This document shows, in pieces, positions 61,321 to 64,000 of a stretch of 64,000 bases of DNA (positions are counted from its first letter, which is position 1; every line of letters starts with the position of its first letter). This stretch comes from Zancudomyces culisetae HAW-14-8 (taxonomy: Eukaryota; Fungi; Kickxellomycota). A model generated the notes under the pieces. That model was not told the DNA's origin, did not search any database, and worked only from the letters and a program-made list of their open reading frames with translations. The position numbers and the translations under genes are program-made. Location: the NCBI GenBank assembly GCA_052426225.1, contig JBNJNM010000011.1, positions 2,790,001 to 2,854,000 on the forward strand. Reading direction: 5' to 3'.

Positions 61321-64000
61321 CTACATCGCATAAGCTGCCCCAGTAGTTGTTGATATGTTTTCTGTACCTGTTGTACCCAGTGTACCGGAACCACTGACGC
61401 CACCACCTGTGCTACCACCTGTTGGGGGTGTTATGCTTGGGTACAAAGATAATATCGGCATCGACCCTGTGTTTGTATTCTTATTCATGCTTGTATTCGT
61501 ATTCGTATTAAAGCTTGAGATTCCACTGCCTCCTGTTGATTTCGGTTTTATCTTGAGCAAAAAAATCACAGCATTAGGTCTACCAGTGCCGGTACCAGTA
61601 TTAGTGGTACTTGGTCTTGAGCCTGTTAGAGTTATTGTATCCATCCCATTGGCATTTATTGCTGGTGTAAGTGGGTTTGTAGTTTGCATGTTCATTCCCT
61701 CTGTTCCCAAAACCGGTCCTAGTCCTGATATTATCGATGCTATTCCACTACTTGAGCCACCATTTATTGCATTATTTGTTTCTGTTGCCATCTCTGTTCC
61801 TGATCCTGTTCCTGATCTCATTGTTGCACGTGGTTGTGTTAGTGATCCAAATGTCGATGAAGAAATACCGTCTAATGGTTCTCTCATATTCTGCCCAAAA
61901 GTACCGCTATTAGTAACAAGCTGTGATGAGGGTGATTGCTGTTGCAGCTGTTGCCCACTCAGACTAGGCGAGAGTAAACCTGAATTATTTGTAGTACCTG
62001 TAGTGCTTGTATTGATTGGTGTGCTTGGTGTGCTTGGTGTCGTTGAAGATCCAGGCGATATACCCAATTGCGTTAGTAGCGACAAAAGCAATGGGTTGGA
62101 TTGTAACGACTCTGGTGTTGGTGTTGACACCAATAGTTCCGACGGCAGTGATTGCTGGTTAGTGCTAGAGGCAGCACTTGAGCTAATACCCTGAGTGCTT
62201 CCTGGGGTTGCACCACTCTTGACAATTGAATCAGACACCAATTCTGCTAGACGGTGTAGGTTCACGTTTGTTTGTGGAGAAAGGTTGTTGTTATTGGGAT
62301 TTACTGGAACAAGGTTCCCATTCTGAGTAAATACACCTTGAAAATTTGGAGACCCTGGAGGTGGGGCATTAGGGTAGTTGCTAAATAACGATGAAGCAAC
62401 CTGGCCCAGTAGTTGACGCTTTTGAAGGGCTTCTGACTCAGAGCCTGTCTCCGCACTTTTGTATCCGTAGATCGGTATGACAATCTTCGGGTCATTTACG
62501 CCATAATATTTGTTCGGATCGCTATTTGGGGGAGCAAAGTATGTTCTTGATTCATTGAGTATCTCCTCGTTATTCAAGCTTATAATTACGGTCAGGTTCG
62601 ATAGTGGCCCAGTTACGTCGTTTGTTTCCGTATCACTGGTAATCAATACAGGAACTTGGTATTGCTCAGCAAGATAGTTATTACTGTTGGCACTTCCGGG
62701 ATCAATATACACAACTTCAGTTCCAGTGAGGCTGGGTGTATTCGCTGAGCTATTGCTTGAATCAGAAGGCTGTATATACAGATTAAGTCTAAGCTTGTAG
62801 TTAAATGAGGCGGGTACTATACTTAGCATGTTTGCGGCTTGAAGCTGTTCGATCTCTATTGCTGCGTTTTGCTTTCTCAAGTAATCGATTTGTTGCTGTG
62901 GTAACGCGTATTCTCGTTCGTTCCTGTAAATTATAATACCTTCTTTCTTAGTAACTACAGTAATATTCAATGTACTTGTGCCTTGAGTCACTTGGTTCAC
63001 TGTAGATGTGTAAGGTTTAGCCACTTGAGCTACATTTGTTCCTTTTGGTACAATATCTGTAGAGTTTAGAGTATCAGTAACCTGTGTAATTTCAGTACTC
63101 ATCTGTTGTTTAGCATTTTGTATGTTCTGAATTCCAGTCATAAATTGGTTAAACTCGTTTGGGTTTAAGCTGACATAAGTATGGTTATTTGGTGTGGCAA
63201 CTACCTGTGTATTAGGCTCGTTTGTAGTTGTGGTAGTATTATTTCTACCCCCATTAACCAATATCACTGTCGCGTTCTGTATTGGTGTCTCTTGTGAAGG
63301 AGATGTACTACTGGTATCAATGGATAACACATTCGGAATGTAGCCCTGGGATGATACAGTTGTTGCATTTGGAATTTGATATTCAGGCTCAGTGGTCACT
63401 TGGGTTGGTGTAGCTATAGTAGAATTGGTGTTAGGTACAGTTGTATTGAACACTATTTTTACACCTTTTTCAGATACAGTATTGGTACTTGGCATTTCTG
63501 TGTTTTTTTGATATGCATACTGGGAGGTTGAGTAAACAAAGGTCTGTTGTGAATCTTGGGTAGGATACTCGGCATTAACTTGCGTAGAGGTTATTGTGCT
63601 TTCAGCAGCATAGTTCTCTTCTGGACGCGCGGGGTATATTGCAGTACCATAAAATACTTGAGAGTCACTGTTGTTGTTAGAAAGAGGAGAGATACTGTTG
63701 TTCATATCCGGCTGTGTAGTGAGTGTTTCACCAATAGCATCCTGAATTGCTTGGTTTATCTCACCTTGATCTAGCACAGCCACTGTCTTATTTTTTCCGT
63801 CAACCACATATATATTGTTACTCTTCGATTCGTTCTGGCTTTGTGAAACTGGTACAAGTGTAGTAGTGTATTGTGATGCGGATTTCACACTTGAGTAAGG
63901 TTCGGATGGGTTCTTTGGAGCTTCTGGAACAACCGTAACCTTGAGGTTAACTTGGCATGTTTCACTGGATGCATTTGGGATGGGAATACTAGTTCCTACA
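61321..64000 (-). CDS. 5'-truncated Ser/Thr/Asn/Gln-rich low-complexity protein, probably secreted or cell-wall associated (>890 aa)
   Basis: The frame stays open from the window end (VGTSIPIPNASSETCQVNLKV...) to the stop at 61321. Mucin-like composition; internal Kex2-like LQKR/Q site; no recognised domain. Confidence 0.75.
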   Translation of the reverse strand, partial: VGTSIPIPNASSETCQVNLKVTVVPEAPKNPSEPYSSVKSASQYTTTLVPVSQSQNESKSNNIYVVDGKNKTVAVLDQGEINQAIQDAIGETLTTQPDMNNSISPLSNNNSDSQVFYGTAIYPARPEENYAAESTITSTQVNAEYPTQDSQQTFVYSTSQYAYQKNTEMPSTNTVSEKGVKIVFNTTVPNTNSTIATPTQVTTEPEYQIPNATTVSSQGYIPNVLSIDTSSTSPSQETPIQNATVILVNGGRNNTTTTTNEPNTQVVATPNNHTYVSLNPNEFNQFMTGIQNIQNAKQQMSTEITQVTDTLNSTDIVPKGTNVAQVAKPYTSTVNQVTQGTSTLNITVVTKKEGIIIYRNEREYALPQQQIDYLRKQNAAIEIEQLQAANMLSIVPASFNYKLRLNLYIQPSDSSNSSANTPSLTGTEVVYIDPGSANSNNYLAEQYQVPVLITSDTETNDVTGPLSNLTVIISLNNEEILNESRTYFAPPNSDPNKYYGVNDPKIVIPIYGYKSAETGSESEALQKRQLLGQVASSLFSNYPNAPPPGSPNFQGVFTQNGNLVPVNPNNNNLSPQTNVNLHRLAELVSDSIVKSGATPGSTQGISSSAASSTNQQSLPSELLVSTPTPESLQSNPLLLSLLTQLGISPGSSTTPSTPSTPINTSTTGTTNNSGLLSPSLSGQQLQQQSPSSQLVTNSGTFGQNMREPLDGISSSTFGSLTQPRATMRSGTGSGTEMATETNNAINGGSSSGIASIISGLGPVLGTEGMNMQTTNPLTPAINANGMDTITLTGSRPSTTNTGTGTGRPNAVIFLLKIKPKSTGGSGISSFNTNTNTSMNKNTNTGSMPILSLYPSITPPTGGSTGGGVSGSGTLGTTGTENISTTTGAAYAM

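Noticed and set aside
61355-62194. 279-aa plus-strand ORF, and similar antisense ORFs such as 8267-8845, 52525-53115 and 58482-59036
   Set aside because: Shadow ORFs on the opposite strand of real genes, caused by codon bias.

Overview
This is an AT-rich eukaryotic (fungal) genomic window with short GT-AG introns. The gene content (SNAPC4, cactin, FAM50/XAP5, an AA11 LPMO, a pacifastin-like surface protein) suggests an early-diverging fungus, plausibly an insect-gut Harpellales/Kickxellomycotina species; this is inference, not a database result. I can support 19 protein-coding genes. In order: SREBP-type bHLH TF, cactin, FAM50, SNAPC4, a DAP1-like small protein, long-chain acyl-CoA synthetase, FoxJ-like forkhead TF, SER1, CIA1, UBP14, AA11 LPMO, cyclophilin, rhodanese, a GPI-anchored pacifastin-like repeat protein, a Puf4-type PUF protein, eIF4A, ATP15, PRP43 and a 5'-truncated Ser/Thr/Asn-rich protein. 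Exon structures were rebuilt by hand. No rRNA, tRNA, CRISPR array or intact transposon was recognised. Most notable: (1) a fungal homologue of the animal ribosome-dormancy factor DAP1/Dapl1; (2) a surface protein with three pacifastin-like Cys modules, one of which has lost the C2/C6 pair together; (3) a head-to-head cactin/FAM50 pair next to SNAPC4, with a possible 6-nt microexon and decoy 3' splice sites; (4) overlapping CIA1/UBP14 coding ends; (5) recurrent AnTn palindromes in promoters; (6) a diverged inverted duplication in the 8-kb gene-free region.
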